Notes: generated by a model from the letters alone, not told the origin. 64,000 nucleotides of DNA from an uncultured Acidobacteriota bacterium (GCA_963764715.1 CAVXTP010000015.1:96001-160000); one strand, 5' to 3'. Positions 36,088 to 45,316 are shown, numbered from the stretch's first letter. Program-made: numbers and translations.

Positions 36088-38252
36088 AGGCGGGCGAGGG
36101 GCTTGCCGGAGGCGTCGAGGAGCTCGAGGGCGCCGGAGGCGATCCGCCAGCGGGCGGTCGAATGGAGGGCCTCGAGGAAGCGTCGTTCGAGGTCCATCGC
36201 CGGGCAGGCCATCTTCGTCGTCATCAGGGGACCGAACGCGAGCGCCTCGCCCGCGCGGGTGTACGCGCCGGAGACGCGGTTGCAGCCGGCCGAGCCCTGG
36301 ACCTTGCCGTCGGCCGTGAAGCGGAGCTCGATCGGGCGGCCGCCCGTGTCGGCCGGGACCGTTTCGCCCCCGAGGGCGGCGAGCTTCCACGCGCCGGCGG
36401 TCAGGGATGGATCGGCGGCCCTCGGGGGCGCGGCCGCCGGCTCCGCGACGACGACCGGCGACAGTCCCGCCGCCCTGCGCCACTCGACGAGGACCACGTG
36501 GAAGCGCTGCGGACGGTCTCCCGCGGGATCGATCCGGCCGCCCGGCATCAGGTACTCGAGCTCCGCCGGCTTCTCGCGCTTCGCCCACGCCTTGAATTCG
36601 TCGAAGCGGTCGCCCGGGACGACGGCGCCGCGGGGCTCGAAGAGGAAGCCCGAGATCTTCCCCGAGGCATCGAGCCACCACGTCGCCCGGAACTTCTGCG
36701 GCGACCGGTCGATGAGGCGGTAGAAGTCGTTCATCTCGACGCCCGCGGCCGTCACCGAGTCGCGGCCCTCGCGCCAGTCGGAGTACTCGTTCTGCGAGTG
36801 GAAGTACGAATCCCAGCCGCTCCACCGCCCACCGAGCGTCCAGGCCTCGCCGGGGCCCGCCTTCGCCTCCCACCAGATCCGCGCGTCCGGCGACATGAGC
36901 GCGCCGGCCGCCGCCTCGTCGCCCCGCTTTCTCGCCGCCAGAAACTCCTGCACCTTCGCGATCCCGAGCGCGTCCTTGAACACCACGCCGCCCTTCATGA
37001 CCCAGGCCACGCGCTCGAGCGTCGCGACGTCGACGAGCGGGTTGCCGCGCACCGCGATGATGTCGGCGAACCGGCCCGGCGCGATCGCGCCCACGCGGTC
37101 CGACCAGCCCAGCAGCTCGGCCGCGCCGACCGTCGCCGCGCGGATCGCCTCGAGCGGCGTCATCCCGTGCGAGGCCATCCAGACGATCTCTTTCGCGTTC
37201 TCACCCTGGGGGAGCACCGAAGCGTCGGACCCCATCGCGATCTTCACGCCCGCCGCAACGGCCTTCCGGAACCCCTCCTCGCTTCCCCGCCGGAACCGCT
37301 CCTGGCGCTCCCGCTGCCAGGCCGGAGCGTCCGGCGAAGGAGCCTCCTCCTCCATCTCCCAGATCGCGCCGGTCGGAACGAGAAAGACGCCCTTCTCCTT
37401 GAGCATCCGCACGCCCTCGTCGTCCAGGAGCGTGCCGTGCTCGACGGAATCGACGCCGGCGCGGATCGCCGTCTTGATCCCGTCGGTGCCGTGGGCGTGC
37501 GCGGCGACCTTCTTGCCGTAGCGGTGCGCCTCGTCCACGATCGCCGTCATCTCGTCGAGGGTGAACTGGGTCTCGCTCGCGACGTTCTTTCCCTCGCCGC
37601 CGCCCTCGGTCGCCATGATCTTGATGACGTCGGCGCCGTACTTGATCTCGTACCGCGTGAGCTTGCGCACGCCGTCGACGCCGTCCGCGATCCCCGATTC
37701 GCCGCCGACCTTGATCGTCGGGGAAAGTCCTTCGACGTCTTCGTTGTGCCCGCCGGTCGAGCCGATCGCCAGGGTCGCGACCAGCATCCGCGGGCCCGCG
37801 ACGTCGCCGCGGGCGATCGCGTCGCGCAGCGCCACGTCCGTGAAGTCCTTGGCCCAGAGGTCCCGGACGGTGGTGAAGCCGGCCTCGAGAGTCACCTTCG
37901 CGCGGGCGGACGAGGTCACCGCGTCCTGCATCGGGCCGCCCTCGAGCAGGTACTTGTAGGTCGTCGTGAGATGCGTATGACAGTCGATGAGGCCGGGAAG
38001 AATGGTGGCGTCGCCCAGGTCGAAGACCTCGGAGCCCGGCGGGATCGCGAGCCCGGGCCCGACCGCCGTGATCCTCTCGCCCTCGATCAGGACGACCGGG
38101 TTCTCGACGATGCGGCCCGCGACGACGTCGAGCATCGCCTTCGCGCGGACAGCCTTGCGGCTCGCGCGCGCCGCGGCGGGCGCGGCGCCGCCGAGGATCG
38201 CCGCCACGCCGACCGCAAAGACGGCCCGCGCCATCCGCCCCAGGACCGCCAC
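36063..38252 (-). CDS. secreted amidohydrolase fused to NTF2-like and META domains
   Basis: PGLIDCHTH, GFTTVRD, AAHAHG, SVEHG, GSDA, GRFADIIAV; then FLAARKRGD..MSPDARIW; then WKLAALGG..GSAGCNR..TKMAC (META). Confidence 0.85.
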   Translation of the reverse strand: MAVLGRMARAVFAVGVAAILGGAAPAAARASRKAVRAKAMLDVVAGRIVENPVVLIEGERITAVGPGLAIPPGSEVFDLGDATILPGLIDCHTHLTTTYKYLLEGGPMQDAVTSSARAKVTLEAGFTTVRDLWAKDFTDVALRDAIARGDVAGPRMLVATLAIGSTGGHNEDVEGLSPTIKVGGESGIADGVDGVRKLTRYEIKYGADVIKIMATEGGGEGKNVASETQFTLDEMTAIVDEAHRYGKKVAAHAHGTDGIKTAIRAGVDSVEHGTLLDDEGVRMLKEKGVFLVPTGAIWEMEEEAPSPDAPAWQRERQERFRRGSEEGFRKAVAAGVKIAMGSDASVLPQGENAKEIVWMASHGMTPLEAIRAATVGAAELLGWSDRVGAIAPGRFADIIAVRGNPLVDVATLERVAWVMKGGVVFKDALGIAKVQEFLAARKRGDEAAAGALMSPDARIWWEAKAGPGEAWTLGGRWSGWDSYFHSQNEYSDWREGRDSVTAAGVEMNDFYRLIDRSPQKFRATWWLDASGKISGFLFEPRGAVVPGDRFDEFKAWAKREKPAELEYLMPGGRIDPAGDRPQRFHVVLVEWRRAAGLSPVVVAEPAAAPPRAADPSLTAGAWKLAALGGETVPADTGGRPIELRFTADGKVQGSAGCNRVSGAYTRAGEALAFGPLMTTKMACPAMDLERRFLEALHSTARWRIASGALELLDASGKPLARLLGSALNN

Positions 38253-38253
38253 C

Positions 38254-39165
38254 CTACTTCCCCAGGTACTGCTGCACGTTTTCCTTCGTGATCATCGCCG
38301 TCGGGAGAACGATCTTCTTCGGCACCTTCTCGCCCTTGAAGATCTTCTCGGCGACGTCGATGGCCTCCTTGCCGCCCGTCGGGTAGATGAACGTCGCCGA
38401 GAGCTTGCCGTCGGCGACGGCCTGCCGTCCGCCGTCGAGGCCCGGCAGCGCGTCGATGCCGACGAAGAGCATCTGGCCGTCGCGGCCCTTGGCCTTGGCC
38501 GCGAGGAACGCGCCCATGGCCATCGGATCGTTGTGCGCGTAGACGAGGTCGATCTTCTCGTGCGCCGAGAGCGCCGATTCCATCTGCGCCATCGCCTCCT
38601 CGCGCAGCCAGTTGGCGACGGGGTCGTGGACGATGTGGATGTCGGGGAACCCGGCGATCGCCTCGCGGAAGCCCTCGCTCCGGTCGCGGGCGGGCGGCGA
38701 TCCGGGAAGGCCCTTGATCTCGACCACGTCGCCCTTGCCCTTGAGGACCTTCGCGATGAACTCGCCGGCGGCCTTGCCGATCTCCCGGTTGTCGGCGCCG
38801 ATGAAGGTCGTGTAGGTGTCCCCCTCGATCGCGCGGTCGAGCACGATGACGGGAATGCCCTGCTCGTAGACCCGCCGGACGATCGGCGTCAGGGGCCTGG
38901 CCTCGTTCGGCGAGATGATCAGCAGGTCGATCTTCTGACGCAGGAAGTTCTCGACGTCGGCGACCTGCTTGGCGTTGTCCTGCTGCGCGTCGGCGTAGGC
39001 GACCTCGATGTCGGGAAAGCCCTTCGCCGCTGCCGCCACGTCCGCGTTCATGGAGACGCGCCAGGGCTCCCCCAGGTTGCACTGGGAGAAGCCGATGAGG
39101 TGCTTGCCGGACTTCGCCTTGCCGCAGCCGAGGGCGCCGAACGCGAGCGCGAAGAGGGCGGCCAC
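38254..39165 (-). CDS. sugar ABC transporter substrate-binding lipoprotein (RbsB-like); start uncertain
   Basis: Lipobox-like ALGC; IGFSQ, IDLLIISP, IPVIVLDR, YAHNDPMA, VGIDAL; nearest in-frame start is a GTG inside a REP. Confidence 0.85.
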   Translation of the reverse strand: MAALFALAFGALGCGKAKSGKHLIGFSQCNLGEPWRVSMNADVAAAAKGFPDIEVAYADAQQDNAKQVADVENFLRQKIDLLIISPNEARPLTPIVRRVYEQGIPVIVLDRAIEGDTYTTFIGADNREIGKAAGEFIAKVLKGKGDVVEIKGLPGSPPARDRSEGFREAIAGFPDIHIVHDPVANWLREEAMAQMESALSAHEKIDLVYAHNDPMAMGAFLAAKAKGRDGQMLFVGIDALPGLDGGRQAVADGKLSATFIYPTGGKEAIDVAEKIFKGEKVPKKIVLPTAMITKENVQQYLGK

Positions 39166-39214
39166 AAGGGCCGCCCCTACGACGGGAGCGTAGGGGCGGG
39201 GCTTGTCCCCGCCC
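39156..39214. repeat. GTAG-family REP doublet, GTAG ends facing inward
   Basis: GGGCGGCCACAAGGGCCGCCCCTAC 39156-39180, 9 nt, GTAGGGGCGGGGCTTGTCCCCGCCC 39190-39214. Confidence 0.9.
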
Positions 39215-39220
39215 TTCCGG

Positions 39221-39378
39221 CTAGCGCTTCTTCCGCTGGAGCCAGACCGGGCACGGACGGGGGTCAGGTCTTCATTTTTCGGGCCCCGGCTCCGTCCGCG
39301 GCTCGAGTCTCCGTCTCCCGGGGCCTTCGAAAAATGAGAGACCTGACCCCTACCGCTTCTTCCGCTGGAGCCAGACCG
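39221..39378. repeat. 29-bp direct repeat of permease 3' end flanking an inverted-repeat element
   Basis: CTAGCGCTTCTTCCGCTGGAGCCAGACCG 39221-39249 vs CTACCGCTTCTTCCGCTGGAGCCAGACCG 39350-39378. Confidence 0.9.
39260..39350. mobile_element. 91-bp MITE/REPIN-like element with GGGGTCAGGTCTTCATTTTTC inverted ends (type B)
   Basis: GGGGTCAGGTCTTCATTTTTCG...CGAAAAATGAGAGACCTGACCCC; further copies at 63333 and 63977; mobility inferred. Confidence 0.7.
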
Positions 39379-41845
39379 CGCCGAGGATGATGACGCCCTT
39401 GAGGATGAGCTGCAGGTTCGCATCGACATTGTTCAACCCCATGATGTTGTTGATGACTCCGATGATCAGCACGCCGACGAGCGTACCGCCGACCGATCCG
39501 GTTCCCCCCGAGAGGCTCGTTCCGCCGATGACGACCGCGGCGATCGCGTCGAGCTCGTACGCGATCCCGTCGTTGGGATTGCCCTGCTCGAGCTGCGCGC
39601 AGTGGACGATGCCGGCCAGCGCCGCGAGCGTCGCGGCGATCACGTACACGCCGGCCTTGTGCCAGGCCACGCGGATCCCCGACAGCCGCGCCGCCGTTTC
39701 GTTGTCGCCGATCGCGTAGAGGTAGCGCCCGGCGCTCGTGCGCGTCAGGAAGACGTGCATGCCGGCGACCGTCAGCAGGAACAGGACCGCCGGCGCCGGC
39801 ACGAAGGGCAGGAGCGTCCCGGCGATCCGGTGGACCGACTCCGGCGCGCCGCCTTGCCCGAACCCGAGCGGGATCGCCATGCCGCCGCTGACGTACCGGG
39901 CGACGCCGCGCGCCGCGCTCATCGTCGCGAGCGTCGCGATGAAGGGCTGCAGCTTCCAGCGCGCGACGACGAAGCCGTTGATCGCTCCGCAGAGCGCGCC
40001 GACGGCGAGGACGGCGAGGGCCGCCGCTCCGAGGCCGAGGCCGGCCTTCATGAAGAGCCAGGCCGTCAGCGTCGCGGCGAGCGCGAGGACCGAGCCGACG
40101 GAGAGGTCGATGCCGCCCGAGATGACGACGGCGGTCATGCCGACGGCCAGGATCCCCTTCTCCGCGACCTGCCGGAGGATGTCGGTCAGGTTGCCGATGT
40201 CGAGAAACACCGGCCGCCCGCCCCGGACCGGCGAGAAGACGACGGAGAGGAGCAGCACCGCCGCGAGCCCGAAGAGCCCGGTGTACCGTCCGAGCCGGCG
40301 CCGGCCCCGCGCCGGGGGCCCGCCGGACGGCGGACCGCCCGATTCTTCGCGCCGCTCCGTCGCGGTCGTCCCGGCCGCCGCGGCGAGGACCCGCTCCTCG
40401 GTCGCCTCGGCGTGCGGCAGCTCCGCCGTCACGCGGCCCTCGCGGAAGACGAGCACCCGGTGGCACTGCGTCAGGATCTCCGACATCTCGGAGGAGCAGA
40501 GGATGATCCCGAAGCCCTGCGCCGCGAGCCGGCGCAGGAGCGCGTAGACCTCGGCCTTCGCCGCGAGGTCGATCCCCCGCGTCGGCTCGTCGAGCAGCAG
40601 GACCGACGGCGAGGCGAAGAGGCAGCGCGCGAGAATCGCCTTCTGCTGGTTGCCGCCCGAGAGCGTCGCGATCGGGACCTCCGGCGACGCGGCGCGCACC
40701 CCCGTGTCGCGCATGAGCGCGGCGCCGGTCGCGCGCGCGCGAGGCCGGTCGATCCAGCCGAAACGCGAGATCTTCGGCAGCGATCCGACGGTCACGTTCT
40801 CCGATACCGCGAGATCCGGGAAGATCGCCTGGGACTTGCGCTCCTCGGGCAGCAGCACGACGCCGGCCTCGCGCGCTTCGGCGGGCGAGGTGGGCCGGTA
40901 CTCCGACCCGCCGACGACCACGCGGCCCGACACGGGGCGCTCGAGCGCGCCCGTCAGCGCGAGCAACAGCTCCGTGCGGCCTGCCCCGATCAGGCCCGCG
41001 AGACCCAGGATCTCGCCCCGGCGCAGCGTCAGGGAGACGTTCGACAGCCGCCGGCCGCCCGGGCGCTCGGGGTCCTCGACCGACAGGTCCTCGACCCGGA
41101 GGACCTCCGGGGCGCCGGCCTCGAGCGGCGAGAGCTCCACGCGCTCGATGTTGCGGCCCACCATGAGGCGGACCATCTCGTCCTCGCCGACGCCCTCGGC
41201 CTCGCGCGTGACGATGCGCTTCCCGTCGCGCAGCACCGTGATCCGGTTCGCGAGCCGTTGCACCTCGTCGAGCTTGTGGGAGATGTAGACGATCGCGACC
41301 CCGCGCTCGGTCAGGCGGCGGATCAGGCGCTCGAGCCGGGCGGCCTCCGACGAGGAGAGGGACGTCGTCGGCTCGTCCATGATGATGAGCCGCGCGTCGA
41401 GCGAGAGGGCGCGCGCGATCGCGACGAGCTGCCGCTGTCCGGCCTCGAGGTGCCCCACCGTCTCGTCCGGCGCGACGTGCGTTTCGCCCAGGGCCTCGAG
41501 CGCCTTCGCGGCTCCCGGCAGCAGCGAGCGCGGCCGGCCGAGGAAGATGTTCTCGGCGACCGACAGCGACGACACGAGCTGCAGCTCCTGCGGGATCACC
41601 GCGATCCCCGCCTCGATCGCCTCGCGCGGGCTCTCCATCCGCCGCGGCGCGCCGTCGACGCGGACCTCTCCCGCGTAGCCCGAGATCTCGCCGGAGAGGA
41701 TCTTGATGAGCGTCGACTTCCCGGCGCCGTTTTCGCCGATCAGCGCGTGCACCTCCCCCGGCCGCACGTCGAAGTCGACCGCGTCGAGCGCGCGAACGCC
41801 CGGGAACTCCATCGACACGCCGCGGGCTTCGACGAGGGAGGTCAT
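39350..41845 (-). CDS. fused sugar ABC transporter ATPase + permease (RbsA-RbsC-like)
   Basis: GENGAGKST, IIMDEPT, LSGGNQQK, LLDEPTRGID; then GGIDLSVGS, PFIATLA, YAIGDNE.AA.LSGI, YELDAIAAVVIGGTSL in one frame. Confidence 0.9.
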   Translation of the reverse strand: MTSLVEARGVSMEFPGVRALDAVDFDVRPGEVHALIGENGAGKSTLIKILSGEISGYAGEVRVDGAPRRMESPREAIEAGIAVIPQELQLVSSLSVAENIFLGRPRSLLPGAAKALEALGETHVAPDETVGHLEAGQRQLVAIARALSLDARLIIMDEPTTSLSSSEAARLERLIRRLTERGVAIVYISHKLDEVQRLANRITVLRDGKRIVTREAEGVGEDEMVRLMVGRNIERVELSPLEAGAPEVLRVEDLSVEDPERPGGRRLSNVSLTLRRGEILGLAGLIGAGRTELLLALTGALERPVSGRVVVGGSEYRPTSPAEAREAGVVLLPEERKSQAIFPDLAVSENVTVGSLPKISRFGWIDRPRARATGAALMRDTGVRAASPEVPIATLSGGNQQKAILARCLFASPSVLLLDEPTRGIDLAAKAEVYALLRRLAAQGFGIILCSSEMSEILTQCHRVLVFREGRVTAELPHAEATEERVLAAAAGTTATERREESGGPPSGGPPARGRRRLGRYTGLFGLAAVLLLSVVFSPVRGGRPVFLDIGNLTDILRQVAEKGILAVGMTAVVISGGIDLSVGSVLALAATLTAWLFMKAGLGLGAAALAVLAVGALCGAINGFVVARWKLQPFIATLATMSAARGVARYVSGGMAIPLGFGQGGAPESVHRIAGTLLPFVPAPAVLFLLTVAGMHVFLTRTSAGRYLYAIGDNETAARLSGIRVAWHKAGVYVIAATLAALAGIVHCAQLEQGNPNDGIAYELDAIAAVVIGGTSLSGGTGSVGGTLVGVLIIGVINNIMGLNNVDANLQLILKGVIILGAVWLQRKKR

Positions 41846-42021
41846 GGGCAAACGGGTTCCTGAGGGCTTCCGTCGTAGGGGCGGGGCTTGTCCCCGCCCT
41901 GATGAGCCGTGAGGGCGGCCACGAGCCGGCCAACGAAGGCAGGCCACCGGCGGTAGGCAACGCCGAGCGCAGCTCGGCGGTAACCCGCCCCTACGACCGG
42001 GCGCGCGGAACGGACTGTCAT
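41842..42021 (-). other. 59-codon REP-derived ORF coupled at both ends
   Basis: ATG 42021 overlaps ribulokinase TGA (ATGA); its TGA overlaps ABC ATG 41845 (ATGA). Confidence 0.55.
41875..41994. repeat. REP doublet (25-nt form + 82-nt long form), 120 bp
   Basis: GTAGGGGCGGGGCTTGTCCCCGCCC 41875-41899; long form 41913-41994 ending CCGCCCCTAC. Confidence 0.9.
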
Positions 42022-43649
42022 CCTCGCCCCTTCAGCCGCCGCATCAGATCCGTCTTGCGCCCGAAGTGGTCGTGCAGCTCCAGCCAATCCCGGTAGAGCG
42101 CGTCGTACGCATCGGCGGCCTCGGGTCGAGGCGTCACGCGCTCGGGCCTGAGGCGCGCCATGGCGCGCGCCGCGTCGGCGAAGGACCCGTGGCCGCCGTG
42201 CGCCGGCCCCGCCGCGACGGCCCCGAGCATGGCCGCCCCCAGCGCCGAGGCGTTCGCCGCGGCCGCGAGGCCGATCGGCCGCCGCGTCACGTTGGCGTAG
42301 ATCTGGAGGAGCAGGGGGCTCCTCTCGGCGAGGCCGCCCACCGCGATGAGCTCCGTTACCGGGATCTGCTTCTCGCCGAACGCGTCGAGGATCCGGCGCG
42401 TCGAGAACGCCGTCGCCTCGATCAGCGCCCGGTAGATGTCGCCCGCCGTCGTCGCGAGCGTCATGCCGACGAGAAGGCCCGTGAGGTTGGCGTCGACCAG
42501 GACCGAGCGGTTCCCGTTCCACCAGTCGAGCGCGAGCAGGCCGTGGCCGCCGGGCGGCGCCTCGGCGGCTTCCCGCTCGAGCGCCGCGAACCCGGCGCCG
42601 GTGCCGGCGACGAGCCTGGCGAACCAGCCGAAGATGTCGCCGACGGCCGGCTGCCCCGCCTCGTACCCCGAAAAGCCCTCGACGATGCCGTCGCGCACGA
42701 CGCCGCCCACGCCCTCGACGAGGGCGTGCCGGTCCGAGAGCAGCATGTGGCAGGTCGAGGTGCCCATGACCATGACCATCCGGCCGGTCTCGACGACCGT
42801 CGCCGCGGGGACCGCGCTGTGCGCGTCGATGATCGCCGCGGCGACCGCCGTTCCCGGCGCCAGGCCGAGCCGCGCGCCCATGGCCTCCGTCAGGCCGCCG
42901 ACGCGCCGCCCGGGCGGCACGATCTCGCCCGAGAGCTTCGAGGGCAGATCGCCGAAGCGCGGGTTCAGCGCCGCGAAGAACTCCGTCGACGGAAACCCGC
43001 GCTCGCGGCTCCAGAAGCCCTTGTAGCCGGCGCCGCAGGAGTTGCGCACGCGCGCGCCCGAGAGCTCGCCGACGACCCAGTCGCCGCCCTCGACGATCGC
43101 CGCCGCGGCGTCGTAGACCTGGGGATCCTCCTCGAGGACCTGGAGGGCCTTGGCGGCGAGCCACTCCGAGGAGCTCTTCCCGCCGTAGTCGGCGAGAAAC
43201 GCCTCGCCCCGCTTCTCGGCGAGCGCGTTGATCCGGTCGGCCTGGGGCTGCGCCGCGTGGTGCTTCCAGAGCTTGACCCACGCGTGCGGACGCGACGCCC
43301 ACGTCGGGAGCAGGCACAGCGGCCGCCCCGCGGCGTCGACCGGCAGCACGGTGCAGGAGGTGAAGTCGACGCCGATCCCGACGATGGATTCCTTCGCGAC
43401 GCCCGCCGCGGCGAGCGCCCGGGGCACGGCCTTCTCGATCGAGGCGATCCAGTCGCCCGGGTGCTGCAGCGCCCAGTCGGCTCCGAGGCGGACGCCCGAG
43501 TCCGGGAGCGCCGCGTCGATCACGCCGTGGGGATACTCCACGACGGCCGAGCCGCGTTCCTTCCCGGTGCGCGTCTCGACGACGACGGCGCGCACGGACG
43601 CCGTGCCGAAGTCGAGGCCGAGCGCGCAGGGCGGCTGCGGTGCCGTCAC
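42018..43649 (-). CDS. araB: ribulokinase (FGGY kinase)
   Basis: LGLDFGTASVRA, ALQHPGDW, GIGVDFT, WKHHAAQ, IDAH, MGTSTCH, LDWWNGNRS. Confidence 0.9.
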   Translation of the reverse strand: MTAPQPPCALGLDFGTASVRAVVVETRTGKERGSAVVEYPHGVIDAALPDSGVRLGADWALQHPGDWIASIEKAVPRALAAAGVAKESIVGIGVDFTSCTVLPVDAAGRPLCLLPTWASRPHAWVKLWKHHAAQPQADRINALAEKRGEAFLADYGGKSSSEWLAAKALQVLEEDPQVYDAAAAIVEGGDWVVGELSGARVRNSCGAGYKGFWSRERGFPSTEFFAALNPRFGDLPSKLSGEIVPPGRRVGGLTEAMGARLGLAPGTAVAAAIIDAHSAVPAATVVETGRMVMVMGTSTCHMLLSDRHALVEGVGGVVRDGIVEGFSGYEAGQPAVGDIFGWFARLVAGTGAGFAALEREAAEAPPGGHGLLALDWWNGNRSVLVDANLTGLLVGMTLATTAGDIYRALIEATAFSTRRILDAFGEKQIPVTELIAVGGLAERSPLLLQIYANVTRRPIGLAAAANASALGAAMLGAVAAGPAHGGHGSFADAARAMARLRPERVTPRPEAADAYDALYRDWLELHDHFGRKTDLMRRLKGRG

Positions 43650-45316
43650 GCCCGGTACTTCGCCGCCTGGTGCCGGTCGAGCGTCTGCTCGGGATCGCCG
43701 CACAGGTTGACCTGCATACCGAGCGCGCGGGCCATCGAGGCCTTGCGCACGAGCGCCCGGTTTGCCGTGGCCGCGTCCGGCGCGTATGCGACCTGGATGT
43801 GGTTGGCCATGTGCTTGGCCATCATCTGGTCGCGCGTGATCCCGTAGAGGACGGCGTGCATGATCGGCCACTGCGGCGTCGTCGCGTTCCACCGCCGCTG
43901 TGTCTCGGCATCCGACAGCTTCACGACGCCGCCCCGGCCGATGTCCATGTGGAGCGCGTGGTTCTTGACGTACACCCGCGAGAAGACGATCTCGCCCGGC
44001 TTCGAGACGCCCTTGAGGGTGGACCCGCCCTTCGGAAAGTACATGGGCGGCTGGCGTTCGCCCTTCGCCCCGGCGTATCCCCCGATGAAGTGCGAGGCCG
44101 GCGCGGCGCCCGAGATCTCGAAGACCCACACGTACGCGTTCACGCCGTTCTCCTCGACCGCCGCGCCCCAACGCACGTCGTGGAGCGTCGTCGAGGGATC
44201 GATGCCGAGGTCCGTCCAGACCCGGTTCGTCAGCAGCGCGTCGACCCCGGCGCACTCGTCGACCTCGTTGAAGTGCGGCACGGCGAGTCCGGAAAAGAGC
44301 GGCTTCCCGTCGGCGCCGGCGACCGGCGGCCGGTCGGGGTTGTTCAGCAGACCCTCCGCCAGGTCCGACGCGACGCACGTGTCCTTGAGTCCCTGCTGGT
44401 ACTGGATGCCGATCGCGGCGCAGCCGAAGTCGTGCGCCATGCGGACCGCGGCGTCGTACATCTTGAGGCCTTCGAGGACCTGCCCCTCGGTCAGCTCCGT
44501 CGACTCGTCCCGGCCGAGCGCGAACTTCATCCCGCGCGAGGTCAGCCACGCGTAGTGCCGCCGCGCAGCGTCGTCCGGCACCTCGCGCATCGCCGCGTAC
44601 AGCATCGACTGCGAGAGGCGCTCCTTGAAGAGCCCCATCGCGTGCATCAGGTCGTCGGGGACGATCGCGTTGTACATCCCCATGCAGCCCTCGTCGAAGA
44701 CGCCCAGGATCGCCTGGTCGCGCCTCAGTGCCTCGCCGAGCGCGGCGCCGCGGGCCCGGTCCTCGGCGTAGTTGCCGTTGAACGTCCGGTCCTCGATTGC
44801 CTGCGCGTGGCTGGTGTCGTGCGCGATCGCGCCCTGCGACAGCCACTGGCGCAGGGCCCCGCGCGCGAAGCCGTCCTCGAAGTCCTCGCTCCAGATCGAG
44901 CTGTACGGGATCCCCGCCTTCGTCAGCGAGGCGTTGACGTTCAGCATGCCGACGAGGCCCGGCCACTCTCCGCTCCAGTTGGCGAGCGTCAGGATCGGGC
45001 CCCGGTGCCTGGTGAGGCCGGCCAGGATGTGGCTCGTGTACTCCCAGACCGCCTCGGCCACGACGAGCGGGGCTTCGGGATCGATCTTGCGGAAGATCTG
45101 GATGCCGCGGGCCTGCCCGTCGATGAAGCCGTGCTTCTTCTCGGGATCGTACGCATGGCCGCGCGTGATCCGCGCGCCGAGCTCGCCGAAGGCCTTGTCC
45201 ACGGCCTTCTCGAGGGTCTGCTGCGCCGGCCAGCATCTCTGGTTGGCCGAGATCCGCGAGTCGCCGCTCGCGACGAGGACGACCTCCTTTGCTCCGGGCT
45301 TGACGGATGTGCTCAT
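43646..45316 (-). CDS. L-fucose/D-arabinose isomerase-like protein
   Basis: ANWSGEWPGLVG, FDEGCMGM, IGIQYQQG, HFNEVD, TTLHDVRWG, ANHIQVAY; family recalled from memory and supported by position beside ribulokinase. Confidence 0.7.
   Translation of the reverse strand: MSTSVKPGAKEVVLVASGDSRISANQRCWPAQQTLEKAVDKAFGELGARITRGHAYDPEKKHGFIDGQARGIQIFRKIDPEAPLVVAEAVWEYTSHILAGLTRHRGPILTLANWSGEWPGLVGMLNVNASLTKAGIPYSSIWSEDFEDGFARGALRQWLSQGAIAHDTSHAQAIEDRTFNGNYAEDRARGAALGEALRRDQAILGVFDEGCMGMYNAIVPDDLMHAMGLFKERLSQSMLYAAMREVPDDAARRHYAWLTSRGMKFALGRDESTELTEGQVLEGLKMYDAAVRMAHDFGCAAIGIQYQQGLKDTCVASDLAEGLLNNPDRPPVAGADGKPLFSGLAVPHFNEVDECAGVDALLTNRVWTDLGIDPSTTLHDVRWGAAVEENGVNAYVWVFEISGAAPASHFIGGYAGAKGERQPPMYFPKGGSTLKGVSKPGEIVFSRVYVKNHALHMDIGRGGVVKLSDAETQRRWNATTPQWPIMHAVLYGITRDQMMAKHMANHIQVAYAPDAATANRALVRKASMARALGMQVNLCGDPEQTLDRHQAAKYRA

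Noticed and set aside
39166-39429. ORF-track start at 39429 for the binding protein
   Set aside because: Overlaps the permease and adds ~88 low-complexity, repeat-derived residues ahead of the signal peptide
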